Origin: a virus
Lineage: Duplodnaviria > Caudoviricetes
Direction: 5' to 3' (one strand)
IMG/VR virus record: IMGVR_UViG_3300020112_000604
Span: 32,001-96,000 of that record
Length of the DNA: 64,000 bases
A program made the translations under genes and the position numbers. This document shows positions 49,901 to 58,544 of the stretch, in pieces (within the stretch, counting starts at the first letter, position 1; each line of letters begins with the position of its first letter). A model generated the notes under the pieces. That model was not told the DNA's origin, did not search any database, and saw only the letters and a program-made list of their open reading frames with translations.

Positions 49901-52900
49901 AGATACATCGAATACTAATGGGAACTTCTGTGGTGTTATCTTAGAATACAGCTTAAACTTTCTGAGTTTAGCTACATGTGTATCTAAGAATCTCTGCTGT
50001 TCTCTGTCATATACTCCGTCTGCCGCATCAAGTGCTGCATCAAGGTTATGCTGACGATTAGCAGATGAATCTTCGAATGTGTTCTGTATGTTAGAGATAT
50101 CAATAGCCTGATTCATATTAACACCATTGCCGTTATTGTAAACCGCATTGTCATTAATATTACGGAAGTTACCGATACCGTTCATGAACTTAGTCACATT
50201 CTTAAGAGCGGCAGCGAAGTCTGCAAATGCATTTGTTGACACTTCTACAGCTTCAGCATTTCTTGCGAATATGTCTGCCTGTAAATCAGCTGAACGTGAT
50301 TCAGCTTCACCCTGAGAACCGTATTTTATGGATGCAGCATTCTTAGCATTGATTTCAGCTTTAAGAGAATCCATGATAGCTCTCTTCTGTTTAGCTGATT
50401 TCTTATTGAATTTCTTGATTCCTAATTTAGAAGCATATTCAGCAACCTTTTCGTCAGTAGCCTTATATGTATCTCTCTTAGCAAGAATTTCATCACGCTG
50501 TTTGAGTAACTGCTGAACCTCTGCTATGAAAGCATCGGCTTCTTCTTTACTCATACGCTGTCCGTCCACGGTCTTGGTATTTCTGATAAGGTCAAATGCC
50601 TTTTCGTATTTACCCTGCTCAATAGCTCTGTCAATAGAACGTGCAGCATTACCGAAACGTGTTCTAAACTTTTCGGAAATCTTCTTACCAATAGCTCTAG
50701 AGTTATTGCCAATTTCCTTGTTAAGTCCACGTTCTCCGTCAATATTGAAAGCAATAGAGTTTTTGATTAATTCAAGGTCTTCAACAGAAGCTGTTTCTGA
50801 ATAAGCTGCGAGGTTCTTATCATATTCAGCATATTTATCTCCAACGAGGAATTTGCTCTTGTGTCTCTGACGGAATTCGTTTCTTTCAGCTGCAGTCATA
50901 TATGAACCAGCTCTGCCGTTTTTGATACCGGCAGTCTTAGCCATATTACCGAGTGTTCCGAATAAGCCCTTACCGATTAATTTAAATGGTAATCTTATTA
51001 TGCTTGTAGCTTTCTTAAGAATACCTGTAGTGAGTTTCTTAATAGGGTCAGCTACATAATCTCTTACGAGATTAGCTAACGGTACAGAAATGTGTTCTTT
51101 GAATGTGTCTGCAATCATGTTTGGAATGAATGTAAACATATTCTTCAGTTCAGTTGTAATTGGAGCCATTGCATCCTTGATTGGATCTAAGAAATCCTCA
51201 TGGAGGTTTTCCTTGATATCTTCAAAGAGATCTAAACCGAAGTTCTTGAGAGGTGTTACGAGATTGTCTTTTAACGCTCCAACAACACCGCCATCACGTG
51301 TTCCATCTTCATTCTTTTCGCCGAGTAATGCAGACTTAAACTTTTCTGTTGTTGTAAGGAATCCTGCACCGCCGCCGAGGAGAGCACCACCGAGTAAACC
51401 GAATGGTCCCATTAAAGCTCCAGCTGCAGCACCAATAGCTACATTAGGGAAAGCTGCCTTGATAGCCTTACGGTTATCTTCTGATAACAGCATTCCATCA
51501 CCGAATAATCTGTCCTGTACGAACTTAGTATTCTTGAGGAATCCTAAACCTGCACCTACGATAGCACCACCAACTGGTCCAAGTGGAGTTAAGAGACCGG
51601 CTACTGAACCGAGTAATCCTCCTGTCTTCATGCTTGGTAAAGCCTGCTGTACAGATTCCTTAATTAATCCATCATTAGCATGTATTGGGTTGCCATTTTC
51701 GTCATAGTCAATGATACTTCCGAATAATGCCTGATTGAGTACCTTATTAGACTGGATAAGCTGTGAGCCCATTCCGATGCCTGCACCAAGTAATGGGTTT
51801 CCAACGAGTAATCCAGCGATGCCGCCGATTGCACCCTTAGCGAGTCCCTGATATCCGATGCCCTTAGCGATTTCTCCAACACGTGTGCCAGAGAGACTAT
51901 CATTTGCTCTAGCATTAGTTAACAGTCTACGTTTGAAGTTCTTTTCGGCTGCAGCCTGTTTTGCGATTGTTGCATCGTCCGCTGGATTTATAACTGTAGA
52001 TTTTCCAGGAATAGAATATATTCCCATCTTAGGTACAGTATAAACTGAACCACCAGAAGTGATAATCTTTTCGTTAGGTGACATAATAGAGAGCATGCTC
52101 TTTGAAGACTTGTTCTTGCCACCTCTAGCGAACATAGAAGCGTTTGTGATATCGTTATAACGAGTTCTTGTTTCAGAATCAATGTCCCCAAACTCATTAT
52201 ATGCGTAGTTGCCGTCGGCGATTCTTTCAAATCTGGCTTTTAACTCAGGGTCCTGTACAGATGCAGCAAATTGTTTCATAAGCTCTTTATTTCGTGAATA
52301 CTGAGCTAAGAACTGAGCTGTCTTTGGATCAAGGTTTGCACCATATTCAGCAGAGAATAAATCGTAAGCATACTTGTCACGTTCTTCTCTAATCTTATCA
52401 CGGTCAGCTCTTGAACGATACTGTCCGTTGGCATCACGATATACAGGTGAAGACTCATCATCAGTAGCAGTATTCATCATTGAATCAAACGAATTCTCTC
52501 CATATAAAGAATACTGTGAGTTTAATCTGTCGTATCTGTCTGAACGTTCAGAGTCTAAACGTCCTACAACTGAGCTGTCGATTGTGAATCTCTTAAGCAT
52601 TGCCTCTACGTCAGAGTTAAACTTAGCGTTAGCACGGTTTACTCTTGACTGAGCTCTAGCCTTGAGACTCTTAGCCTGTGGAATATAAGTACCACGCATT
52701 TCTTCAGCTTTACCTGTTAACTCATCACGTTCAGCAATGAGCTGTGCAAGTTCTTCTGGAGAATAGTTTGCATGTGGGTCAGTTATCTTGTCGTGTAGGG
52801 CAACAGCCTGAAGATTGTACTGTTCGTACTGCTGCTGGAACTTGTCAAGATCAGCGATAGCATTAGTGAGTTCATTCTGGAATGCTTCACGCTGTTTTGT

Positions 52901-55900
52901 TGCTGCATCAAATACCGCCTGGAATGGGTTAACAGAAAGGTTATTGATTAAGTCCGCATTAGCAGAAGCCTGTTTGAGCTGTTCTTCTACATAGCTTCTC
53001 TGTTCATTGATGCTTCTGAGTTCATCTACAGATTTAGCAATGAGTTCTTCATTTTCTTTAATCTGCTGATTAATCTCAGCAACACGTTCCTTAGCCTTTT
53101 CGATTGCATCCTGACGTTCTTCATCTGTAGCATATGTACCGCCGCCATTGATAATGTCGTTATTAGCACGTAATTCACGACGAAGATTGCCTGTAGCTCT
53201 GGCTGTTGTATTGATTGTATTCTGTGTATCAAGCGTGTTGAATATTCTATTGAGTTCAGATGTCATATCTGCAGTTCTGTTTACAGATGCAAGTCTAGAC
53301 GCTGGTGAAAGAACCTTATTGATTTCATCAAGTTTTCTCTGTGCAGCTTTCTTAGCAACTTCTGAAGCATTAGGATCATCAACCACAGACTGATATTTGT
53401 CACGAAGTTTCTTAGCAGATGCTATCTTACTAGCATTGCCTCTGAAGCTTTCGAATCTAGCACGGTCAGTTTCGTTCATAGCACTAGCATGAAGTTTTGA
53501 TTCTTCTTCGGTCATAGTTAATGCTTTTCTGATTGCTTCTGGGTCCTGGGCGGATTCGAATGCCAGAATCTGGCCAATCATTTCAGGTGTTAAAGCAGCC
53601 TCTTCGACAGCAGCTCTACGTTTAGCCTTAAGCTTTTCTCTATAGTCTGTATATCCGAATGCATCAGCTAATGAACCGAATGCGTTGCCATATGCTCCCT
53701 TAATATTTCCAATCTCATTTTTGAATGCAGCCTTGAATTTACCAAGAGGAGAAGCTTCGCCCTGACTAAGACGGTCTTTGGTGTTTGCGAGCCACTGTCC
53801 GAATTTAGTCTGAGATAATTTATCCTTAGCTTTACCAAAGATATCTGTAACAGTATCTTTGATTGTGTTAAATGATTCCATTGCTTTGTACTTAAGAAGA
53901 CCCATGAATCCCTGAACTGGCTGTCCGTTGTCGTCTGTCATCTGAGTAGATGTCTTGTACAGTAAGTCAAAGATATGTCTGTCTGCGGCAAGCACAGCCT
54001 TTTCCATCATTCTAGACGGAGCATCAATCCAAGACTGAAGCTTATCCTTAACGAGGAATACTCTTTCGCCAATATTAGAAGCGGCAGCCCATTTGTCCTT
54101 GAATGAAGTGAGTTCTTTAAACTTATCTCTATTACGTTCACGTCTAGCAGCACCTTCTGTGAATATATCAATGAGTGATTCCTCTTCTTCGAGTTCCTGA
54201 CGAGCTTTTCTTCTTTCTTCAGCAGATGTCTGCTGCATATTAGCAAGGATTTCTTCCATATCCGTATTAGAGTCAACAATAATCTGTCCTGCACGGCTAG
54301 TCATGTAATCTACGTTACGTCTATGATAATCAAGGTCCTTAGCACGCTGTCTGTCACGTGCGGCAGCTTCTGTATCCGTGTTAGATACGAGTCTTGCGTT
54401 AGTAGAATTAGCACGGTCAAAGTATCCTGATGGAACGTTAGCCATACCGGCATTGTTTCTTCCGTTTACCGTCGGAATGATTGGACCATTTGGATTTGAA
54501 CCAATTGACTGTCCTCCATTGCCTATGCCCTGAGGATATGTGATCATACCATTAGTCTTAAAGAATTCAATGTTTCCATTGATTAATCTAAGATAATCGA
54601 ATATTGTCTTATTGTATTCGTCAGTAAGTTTTCCAAGATTAAAGAAGTTAGAACCCTTGTCATTATTGAGGTGTCTGTCTACTGTAGATCTGTTTCCACG
54701 GCTTCCAGACAGATCTCCTGTAAAGTCAAGGTCTTCGCCTTCGGTGAAGAGTTTATAAAGAGCTGTACCCTTTGTAATGTCCTTATACTTTCTTGTAACG
54801 GATGCTTTATTGGACTGAATCTCCGCGATGAGATCCATTACCATGTGAGGTTCCATTTCAAGCATAGCCTGACGAATGATGTTGAGATTTCGGTCTGATG
54901 ACATTCCCAAATCTCTAGCCTGTTTACCCTTAATATTAATGTCACCCTGCTTGTAGACATATTTCTTAAAGGCATCGTAGTCTTTTTCAAACTGTTTCTC
55001 ATCATCAAGATTACGGAAAGTCATACCTGATGTAGCTCTACGCACACCAGAATCAAAGTCATCATACGATGAAGAGAATGGACGTCTATACTGACTAGCG
55101 ATATCGTCCTTAAACTCTTTACGCACTTTGTTAAGTGATCTCCATTTACCAGTCTTATCATCGAAAACCATTTCGGCTTCACCGGTAAGAGCGGCAGTCA
55201 TCTTTCTGAGATAATAAGGGATTACTTCTTCAAGATAATGCTTGGATGTATCATCCCAAGCAGTAGGTACTCCCTCCAATTTCTGATACTTTATAGCTTT
55301 ATGAGCATCGGTATCAAGTCCAAACAGTTTTCCAAACATACGATTTAGAGTACCTTTAGTACTCCAAGATGAATCCTTGGCCATTGAATTCATCCTACCG
55401 ATAAATGCTGGGAATAATGAGCCTATCGAAGCATCGAACTGTTCAACAGACTTCTTAAGTGATTTCGGAAGAGCTCCGCCAACGATAGCATTCATAACAG
55501 CCTGCATTGGATTAGCAGCTGCCTGTCTAAACATTGAACCACCCATCATGCCGTCCATCTGTTTAAGGAAGTCAGGATTTAAGAATGCGCCAATCATAGG
55601 TATCTGTGATATAGCATCATTAACACCCTTGGTTTTGACTTCATTCAGGTAAGCCCTGATGTCTACAGAAGATCCCATAACAGAATCCAGTGTGTGTTTT
55701 GCTGGAGTGTATCCAGAACTAGATTTCTTTTTAGGATTAAATACTTCGTTGATAGATTCTAAGTTCTTGCTGATATTGTCAAGAGCCTCCGTAGTAGAAG
55801 TAAAGAATTTAGCCTGCTGTTCAGACATAGTCTTCGCAATGGAAGTAACGTCCTTAAAGCCAGTAACCATATTATCATTTACTGTACTTACGCTGTTGTT

Positions 55901-56446
55901 AAGCTGCCTTGTTAACTCGATATTCTGAGTATACAGCATTGAAGCTATTTCTTTATTAGCCTCTATCTGTGCCTGAGAACCTCTGAGCATAGCATTCGCA
56001 ACAGCTTTCGAAGTAATCTTGTTACTCTTAACAATAGAACGGGAAACAAGTAAGTCTCCATCCTGAAAGTTAAGGTCATCTAATCCATCCGGATCGAATC
56101 CTAATTCCGGAAGATCGAAGTCACCAATGCTGAATAAATCTCCACCGTATTTGGTTTCGTATTCTTCAACTCTGGCTTGGTTGTAGAAGTCACCGGTCTT
56201 GAGGTCTTCGATTGCATTTTTAATGAACATCGAGGATATCTCAAATGCCGGTGATTCCTTAAATCTTGTAGCAACTCGTTTAGCAACGGTTTTACGTTGT
56301 CTAATACCGTCGTATGCTGATCTAAATAACTCTGCGTTGGTTTCCGCAAAAGATGCTATATTTGAATAACTATCTTTAGTAGATTCTGCAAATGCGTAAC
56401 CTGCAGACTTAGCCACATTCTTGGCATATTCAGTTATTTTTACCAT
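43934..56446 (-). CDS. Tape-measure-like tail protein, 4170 aa, with C39-like peptidase (~46070-46530), lysozyme-like (~45380-45940) and M23 peptidase (~44715-45050) domains
   Basis: Long helical ORF with Gly-rich hydrophobic repeats; YQ..SGCGP..HYV..DP (C39-like); E...DDNGSGISIG (muramidase-like, weaker); HSGIDYA ... STGPHLHYQ (M23). Confidence 0.85.
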   Translation of the reverse strand: MVKITEYAKNVAKSAGYAFAESTKDSYSNIASFAETNAELFRSAYDGIRQRKTVAKRVATRFKESPAFEISSMFIKNAIEDLKTGDFYNQARVEEYETKYGGDLFSIGDFDLPELGFDPDGLDDLNFQDGDLLVSRSIVKSNKITSKAVANAMLRGSQAQIEANKEIASMLYTQNIELTRQLNNSVSTVNDNMVTGFKDVTSIAKTMSEQQAKFFTSTTEALDNISKNLESINEVFNPKKKSSSGYTPAKHTLDSVMGSSVDIRAYLNEVKTKGVNDAISQIPMIGAFLNPDFLKQMDGMMGGSMFRQAAANPMQAVMNAIVGGALPKSLKKSVEQFDASIGSLFPAFIGRMNSMAKDSSWSTKGTLNRMFGKLFGLDTDAHKAIKYQKLEGVPTAWDDTSKHYLEEVIPYYLRKMTAALTGEAEMVFDDKTGKWRSLNKVRKEFKDDIASQYRRPFSSSYDDFDSGVRRATSGMTFRNLDDEKQFEKDYDAFKKYVYKQGDINIKGKQARDLGMSSDRNLNIIRQAMLEMEPHMVMDLIAEIQSNKASVTRKYKDITKGTALYKLFTEGEDLDFTGDLSGSRGNRSTVDRHLNNDKGSNFFNLGKLTDEYNKTIFDYLRLINGNIEFFKTNGMITYPQGIGNGGQSIGSNPNGPIIPTVNGRNNAGMANVPSGYFDRANSTNARLVSNTDTEAAARDRQRAKDLDYHRRNVDYMTSRAGQIIVDSNTDMEEILANMQQTSAEERRKARQELEEEESLIDIFTEGAARRERNRDKFKELTSFKDKWAAASNIGERVFLVKDKLQSWIDAPSRMMEKAVLAADRHIFDLLYKTSTQMTDDNGQPVQGFMGLLKYKAMESFNTIKDTVTDIFGKAKDKLSQTKFGQWLANTKDRLSQGEASPLGKFKAAFKNEIGNIKGAYGNAFGSLADAFGYTDYREKLKAKRRAAVEEAALTPEMIGQILAFESAQDPEAIRKALTMTEEESKLHASAMNETDRARFESFRGNASKIASAKKLRDKYQSVVDDPNASEVAKKAAQRKLDEINKVLSPASRLASVNRTADMTSELNRIFNTLDTQNTINTTARATGNLRRELRANNDIINGGGTYATDEERQDAIEKAKERVAEINQQIKENEELIAKSVDELRSINEQRSYVEEQLKQASANADLINNLSVNPFQAVFDAATKQREAFQNELTNAIADLDKFQQQYEQYNLQAVALHDKITDPHANYSPEELAQLIAERDELTGKAEEMRGTYIPQAKSLKARAQSRVNRANAKFNSDVEAMLKRFTIDSSVVGRLDSERSDRYDRLNSQYSLYGENSFDSMMNTATDDESSPVYRDANGQYRSRADRDKIREERDKYAYDLFSAEYGANLDPKTAQFLAQYSRNKELMKQFAASVQDPELKARFERIADGNYAYNEFGDIDSETRTRYNDITNASMFARGGKNKSSKSMLSIMSPNEKIITSGGSVYTVPKMGIYSIPGKSTVINPADDATIAKQAAAEKNFKRRLLTNARANDSLSGTRVGEIAKGIGYQGLAKGAIGGIAGLLVGNPLLGAGIGMGSQLIQSNKVLNQALFGSIIDYDENGNPIHANDGLIKESVQQALPSMKTGGLLGSVAGLLTPLGPVGGAIVGAGLGFLKNTKFVQDRLFGDGMLLSEDNRKAIKAAFPNVAIGAAAGALMGPFGLLGGALLGGGAGFLTTTEKFKSALLGEKNEDGTRDGGVVGALKDNLVTPLKNFGLDLFEDIKENLHEDFLDPIKDAMAPITTELKNMFTFIPNMIADTFKEHISVPLANLVRDYVADPIKKLTTGILKKATSIIRLPFKLIGKGLFGTLGNMAKTAGIKNGRAGSYMTAAERNEFRQRHKSKFLVGDKYAEYDKNLAAYSETASVEDLELIKNSIAFNIDGERGLNKEIGNNSRAIGKKISEKFRTRFGNAARSIDRAIEQGKYEKAFDLIRNTKTVDGQRMSKEEADAFIAEVQQLLKQRDEILAKRDTYKATDEKVAEYASKLGIKKFNKKSAKQKRAIMDSLKAEINAKNAASIKYGSQGEAESRSADLQADIFARNAEAVEVSTNAFADFAAALKNVTKFMNGIGNFRNINDNAVYNNGNGVNMNQAIDISNIQNTFEDSSANRQHNLDAALDAADGVYDREQQRFLDTHVAKLRKFKLYSKITPQKFPLVFDVSSEDVIRLLNDMGDKGWFIDLEALTDFFELSETDKNKVYNIANFKFTGKKKFVFKKELLDTICTLTKRESAKLGKVLSEENVYILNQFKNDSVGLKRYISTLSNNKSKFKEFRAKDIWSASNNGMERAVGRFNEGVRTVASKIPVLNRFASEENRESMRMGIQNLLDRNHVSIFDRLSSNFNQDERRDDLIKKISETRFFKNDPKYSVKALKAMTTDELEAILRQIPTNAEANDGLSEFADDVLLPNDPRRNRPEAGSKEEAEAKKDKAEKVGIFQTMKNKITAIADFIIPKNDSEDEDESFFGKIKKFFGKVFGIGKLAVGVPLFVGAMAKWVIPFCKDKLVPWLVGEKDSSGNYTGGIASGVVNGIKNTVIPWVEDTALPKVKSVLGDLWSTGIATLRDDVLPTVMDDLIDRLPEIIEDALVAAWEIIKSGAKTISSKVGFGKSGNKKADNSITSSARRATGTTGAEINESKLKREAYDNSNSNAFVDVAKSSVLGPLAENAEGVAINNANYQNYLANRGIGTQYLDENFAEEIAGNASFQSIRNADVQQTNATGYKGKSLFQMAGRSFLNNAAGMGALGNIAGKTGAGIFKGVSKVPGLGIVGRLGEGAMNVINAPANVGRKFRDWTLKASGRAAANIATDVAEDAVETAATAAVRSAAGADKKAKLLAKVGTFLKEVLTKLFGNSKIVEKIAPLAKKVGMSKKALGERLAKTGEKLAANLAKKLGMESVEVLAKVLGKATVILAIAQAVLDFIAGWDNARNVLGIVDEEVSVFERFFAGLTNVISGLCCSIIPADFIANVLLDLFSFLGADFAKAIKTKQDNALEAIDMYNAENGTDFETVEDFNRAVNPTEWQKIKSTVKGWFTKADKEVESTASKTKVKTNAKVNDGLDPFGVDAVDTAIDEALATNAYANNKLSPLNMLMPTGGNFIDNLINSISGGKNITEQMARYESMNKSATRQIDEGKIKINDKRFWYINTGNDTTFAASLYKLSEFMRRAISSPLTIIQDAINSVFDTEASSATQLTNTEVSGTGYSVSHESMHDMTTPKPIQKTNTNTSKSSTTKKKGKIATFFSNLFGGKKKSGKGSEFKNRKLKYLIPPKPLDDEQASYIKSQYSGGANPHLYQRDYDDRFNISGDSNFQSIADSGCGPVVASEVLARRGLNYDVRDAARNALGYKERNAGTFPEFFGDYLGKNGVRTANVGTRSDLRRRLANGEDVILMGQSGRGTTPFGNQNAHYVLATGMKNNKIVVQDPEDPFGDRIYDANDTIRDSIYAISAGRGKRSGRGITPLSYRKGVKSGTGPALTPQQEKNLYAILYECVVSREAATAGGFHAVCPDDNGSGISIGAIGFHATLAADVLREMAARVTDADDKAYLLNIANRATSAISQSEADKLSKVLEKYESIGQDVQENMAYKLFRENNMVHPLKMYNSGILQNPLSMIVPADIYNSGVHTGWADGWRPSHKGGVEEINDVVNRMATSSWWATCGSQYSGAWVNRIKDTGAKLANIDLNNYTPGTICKDFTVNGSYNGSSVDGDGGTTTVDNTFIGRLGTYVTKVLKKLYGGLYDAIFGAASATTGNAAAGVGALGDEDYLSSVSENGSDAWFLATLEGSSVSSGYRTPDRSDHSGIDYAAPEGNKLYSPVDGTVVFAGWNTGGYGNLTIVQDTHGYYHIFGHQCQLPPVHEGDEVFRGTLVGYCGTTGQSTGPHLHYQVNKPSDMWHADVDPNKYDYSDYIKSAAQRAGIVPSSDDVMGPLLPNNTKKTTNTTSSTTTTSSTLVGPPAPNKKSGKGFVDKALVRQAANGKRPSGTCDSSRASGTANFKKVSTNAVTRAVDAVKRAEAKAAASTSGTGSTGSKYEPGARIGSNTKNTGGPTNGNATNEILLAVVKLLSEISGNTAKLQDVVAAVTKLSVSNACQLTGSGNNSKSTKSGKSNDTNTANVMAELSKALLASNGMTRQGLNAMNAQFNDMNNSEIIDAVYRIAKK

Positions 56447-56468
56447 ATACGTACCCCTCCTTTGCTGT

Positions 56469-56480
56469 TATACTAATGTT
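56469..56480 (-). promoter_or_regulatory. Late-type promoter AACA-TTAGTA-TA (tape measure)
   Basis: Exact motif just before RBS AAAGGAGGGG. Confidence 0.7.
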
Positions 56481-56505
56481 TTGCTTATAGTAAATGCTAA
56501 ATATG

Positions 56506-56544
56506 AAAAAAAATATACCGGAAGGCTATAAGCCTTCCGGTATA
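56506..56544 (-). terminator. Intrinsic terminator
   Basis: TATACCGGAAGGCT/AGCCTTCCGGTATA 14-bp stem plus T tract. Confidence 0.9.
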
Positions 56545-56548
56545 ATAA

Positions 56549-57607
56549 TTAATTTGAATACGTTACTTTCTGACGAAGTGCTGCTAAGTCTGATGCGTCA
56601 CATACGCCATTGTTGTCCATGTCGCAAATCTTTGCACGACTTGCTGGTACTCTCTTGTCCACGAGAGCAGCTGCTAATTCTGAAAGATCTGTGATATCAA
56701 CTACACCGTTGCAGTTGTAGTCACCTTTCTTAAGTCCGAAGTTCCAGCGTGTTGAATTATCGTATATTGTGGATGTAGCCTGAATATTTTTAGCACTCAG
56801 AAGTCTCCATGTGTCATGTGTAGTAGCACCAGTCTTATACTTCGAATCAGACTTTAAAAATTGTATGAAATAATTACCTGCTGTACCATATGTATTATAG
56901 TCAGTTCCATCCCATGTCGGATCACAATTATACCATTCTCCATCAATTTTTACTTTAACCCACATGTGAGCTGAATTAACGACCAGTTCACATTCGAGAC
57001 CAGCATAATTACATATCTTGTCAAATGCTCTTCCGAATCCTTCACATACACATTTTTTATCTACTAAAGCACCGATTGCGCAACGGGCATTAGGCGCATC
57101 TGATACGTATTTAACGTTTGTAACAAGCCACTTGTTAATAGCTATAGCCTTTTCAAGATCACTCATGTTTGTTGTAGCTATAGAATTCCAAACAGCTTTC
57201 GCAGCATTGTTTTCTGCATTGTTTTTAGCAGTCCAATCACTCTTGGTGTTTTTGTATGTTATGCCGATCCGACCAATTATTATCTGTTTATTGGCATTAT
57301 ACACTGGTGAAATTGACATCGCGTCAGCGATTTCAATGTTGTTACAATCTTCAGTTATTCTCGCATCGCCCACGAGTCGGTTTATACGCTGTATTGTTGG
57401 ATCGTTTGCATCCGAAAGATTCTGGATAACCATATCACATGATGATAAATCGATCACGGTCTGACCGTTTAAGAGACCATTTCTTATAATCGACATAATG
57501 GCTTCATCCGATGCCGCTGCGGATACCGGGATTGCTGAGCAAAGTATCACTAAGCTCATGATTGCTGACAGGAATCCTGCCAGAAGTTTACTAAATCGTT
57601 TTTTCAT
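56549..57607 (-). CDS. Secreted transglutaminase-like (Cys-His-Asp) protein with a C-terminal dockerin, 352 aa
   Basis: Signal peptide MKKRF...VSA; VCEGFGRAF / HMWVKVKIDGEWYNCDPTWD; GDYNCNGVVDITDLS ... DMDNNGVCDASDL. Confidence 0.9.
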   Translation of the reverse strand: MKKRFSKLLAGFLSAIMSLVILCSAIPVSAAASDEAIMSIIRNGLLNGQTVIDLSSCDMVIQNLSDANDPTIQRINRLVGDARITEDCNNIEIADAMSISPVYNANKQIIIGRIGITYKNTKSDWTAKNNAENNAAKAVWNSIATTNMSDLEKAIAINKWLVTNVKYVSDAPNARCAIGALVDKKCVCEGFGRAFDKICNYAGLECELVVNSAHMWVKVKIDGEWYNCDPTWDGTDYNTYGTAGNYFIQFLKSDSKYKTGATTHDTWRLLSAKNIQATSTIYDNSTRWNFGLKKGDYNCNGVVDITDLSELAAALVDKRVPASRAKICDMDNNGVCDASDLAALRQKVTYSN

Positions 57608-57680
57608 AGGTATAAACCATCCTTATAATATTGCGGTATGATTACCATACCAAATTCCCTAAAATACCATTTTTTGGTAT

Positions 57681-57692
57681 CATTAGAATGTT
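57681..57692 (-). promoter_or_regulatory. Late-type promoter AACA-TTCTAA-TG
   Basis: Motif between the upstream terminator and the dockerin gene; overlaps a 10-bp direct repeat (57689-57709). Confidence 0.55.
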
Positions 57693-57709
57693 CACAATTT
57701 GTTCACAAT

Positions 57710-57744
57710 AAAAAAATAAACGAGCAGGAAGTTATCCTGCTCGT
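57710..57744 (-). terminator. Intrinsic terminator
   Basis: ACGAGCAGGA/TCCTGCTCGT stem plus T tract. Confidence 0.9.
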
Positions 57745-57750
57745 CAGCAA

Positions 57751-58176
57751 TTAGTTTGTGAGTCTGTCAAATACCGCGTCAATAACTTCGTTAGGCTTGT
57801 TCCACCACTGGTGTTCTCGTATAGCGATAGCACTCCGTACAAGTTTTCTACCGAAGTTCGGATAATAATAATCATTTACCATATACTTGACGTATGATTT
57901 CTGTGATGGTGCATCAGTTTTAATCTCATCACGCACAATCTTTATCATACCCGCATAGAGACGTGCCGCAAATTCAATCTCAGTTCTATCCTGCTGGTAT
58001 CCATACAGAATAATGTTTTCGTTATTGTTATACAGGAATTCATATATCCTATTCATTATAACTGTATTCTGAGATGGTCCGGTTGGTCTGAATGGCTTGT
58101 TATACACAGGGACATCACGATCTGGTCCCTGAGCTGTCATAAACATTAATGGACGGTTTTTATAATTACATTTCAT
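57751..58176 (-). CDS. Hypothetical protein, 141 aa
   Basis: RBS TAAGGAG. Confidence 0.75.
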   Translation of the reverse strand: MKCNYKNRPLMFMTAQGPDRDVPVYNKPFRPTGPSQNTVIMNRIYEFLYNNNENIILYGYQQDRTEIEFAARLYAGMIKIVRDEIKTDAPSQKSYVKYMVNDYYYPNFGRKLVRSAIAIREHQWWNKPNEVIDAVFDRLTN

Positions 58177-58187
58177 ATTATGTCTCC

Positions 58188-58544
58188 TTAAATATCACAG
58201 TGTTCTTTTCCTTCAAAAATGATAAGCTTTATAGATTTCTTGCTTTTCCTCCAGACTGCCAGAAGAGCGTATTCCGGAAGTGCTGTGTCGTCAAATGCTA
58301 AAATCTTAACAGCGTCAACACATTCGATTCGATTTTCCCAATAGGAATGGTAGAATACGAATGGGTCCGGATTGTGTTTATCACGCATTTTGTTTTCGAT
58401 ATGCTGATAAACATCCTTGACGGTAACTACATACCTGGAATCCGTTGCAGCCTCGAAGTCGTGTAATATCGTTGCTGTGGAATCCACTGGTTCAGTTATC
58501 ATTAATGCGGTTCTCCCTAATCTGGTTGTACTTATATGGCTCAT
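58188..58544 (-). CDS. Hypothetical protein, 118 aa
   Basis: RBS AAAGGAG; ATGA overlap with the upstream frame. Confidence 0.75.
   Translation of the reverse strand: MSHISTTRLGRTALMITEPVDSTATILHDFEAATDSRYVVTVKDVYQHIENKMRDKHNPDPFVFYHSYWENRIECVDAVKILAFDDTALPEYALLAVWRKSKKSIKLIIFEGKEHCDI

Noticed and set aside
44202-55928. Many plus-strand ORFs of up to 259 aa inside the tape-measure gene, and similar ones opposite the sheath and head genes
   Set aside because: Antisense shadows of biased codon usage: no RBS and Ser/Leu-rich composition.
57689-57709. Rex operator (TTGTGAA half-sites)
   Set aside because: The half-sites are in direct, not inverted, orientation.
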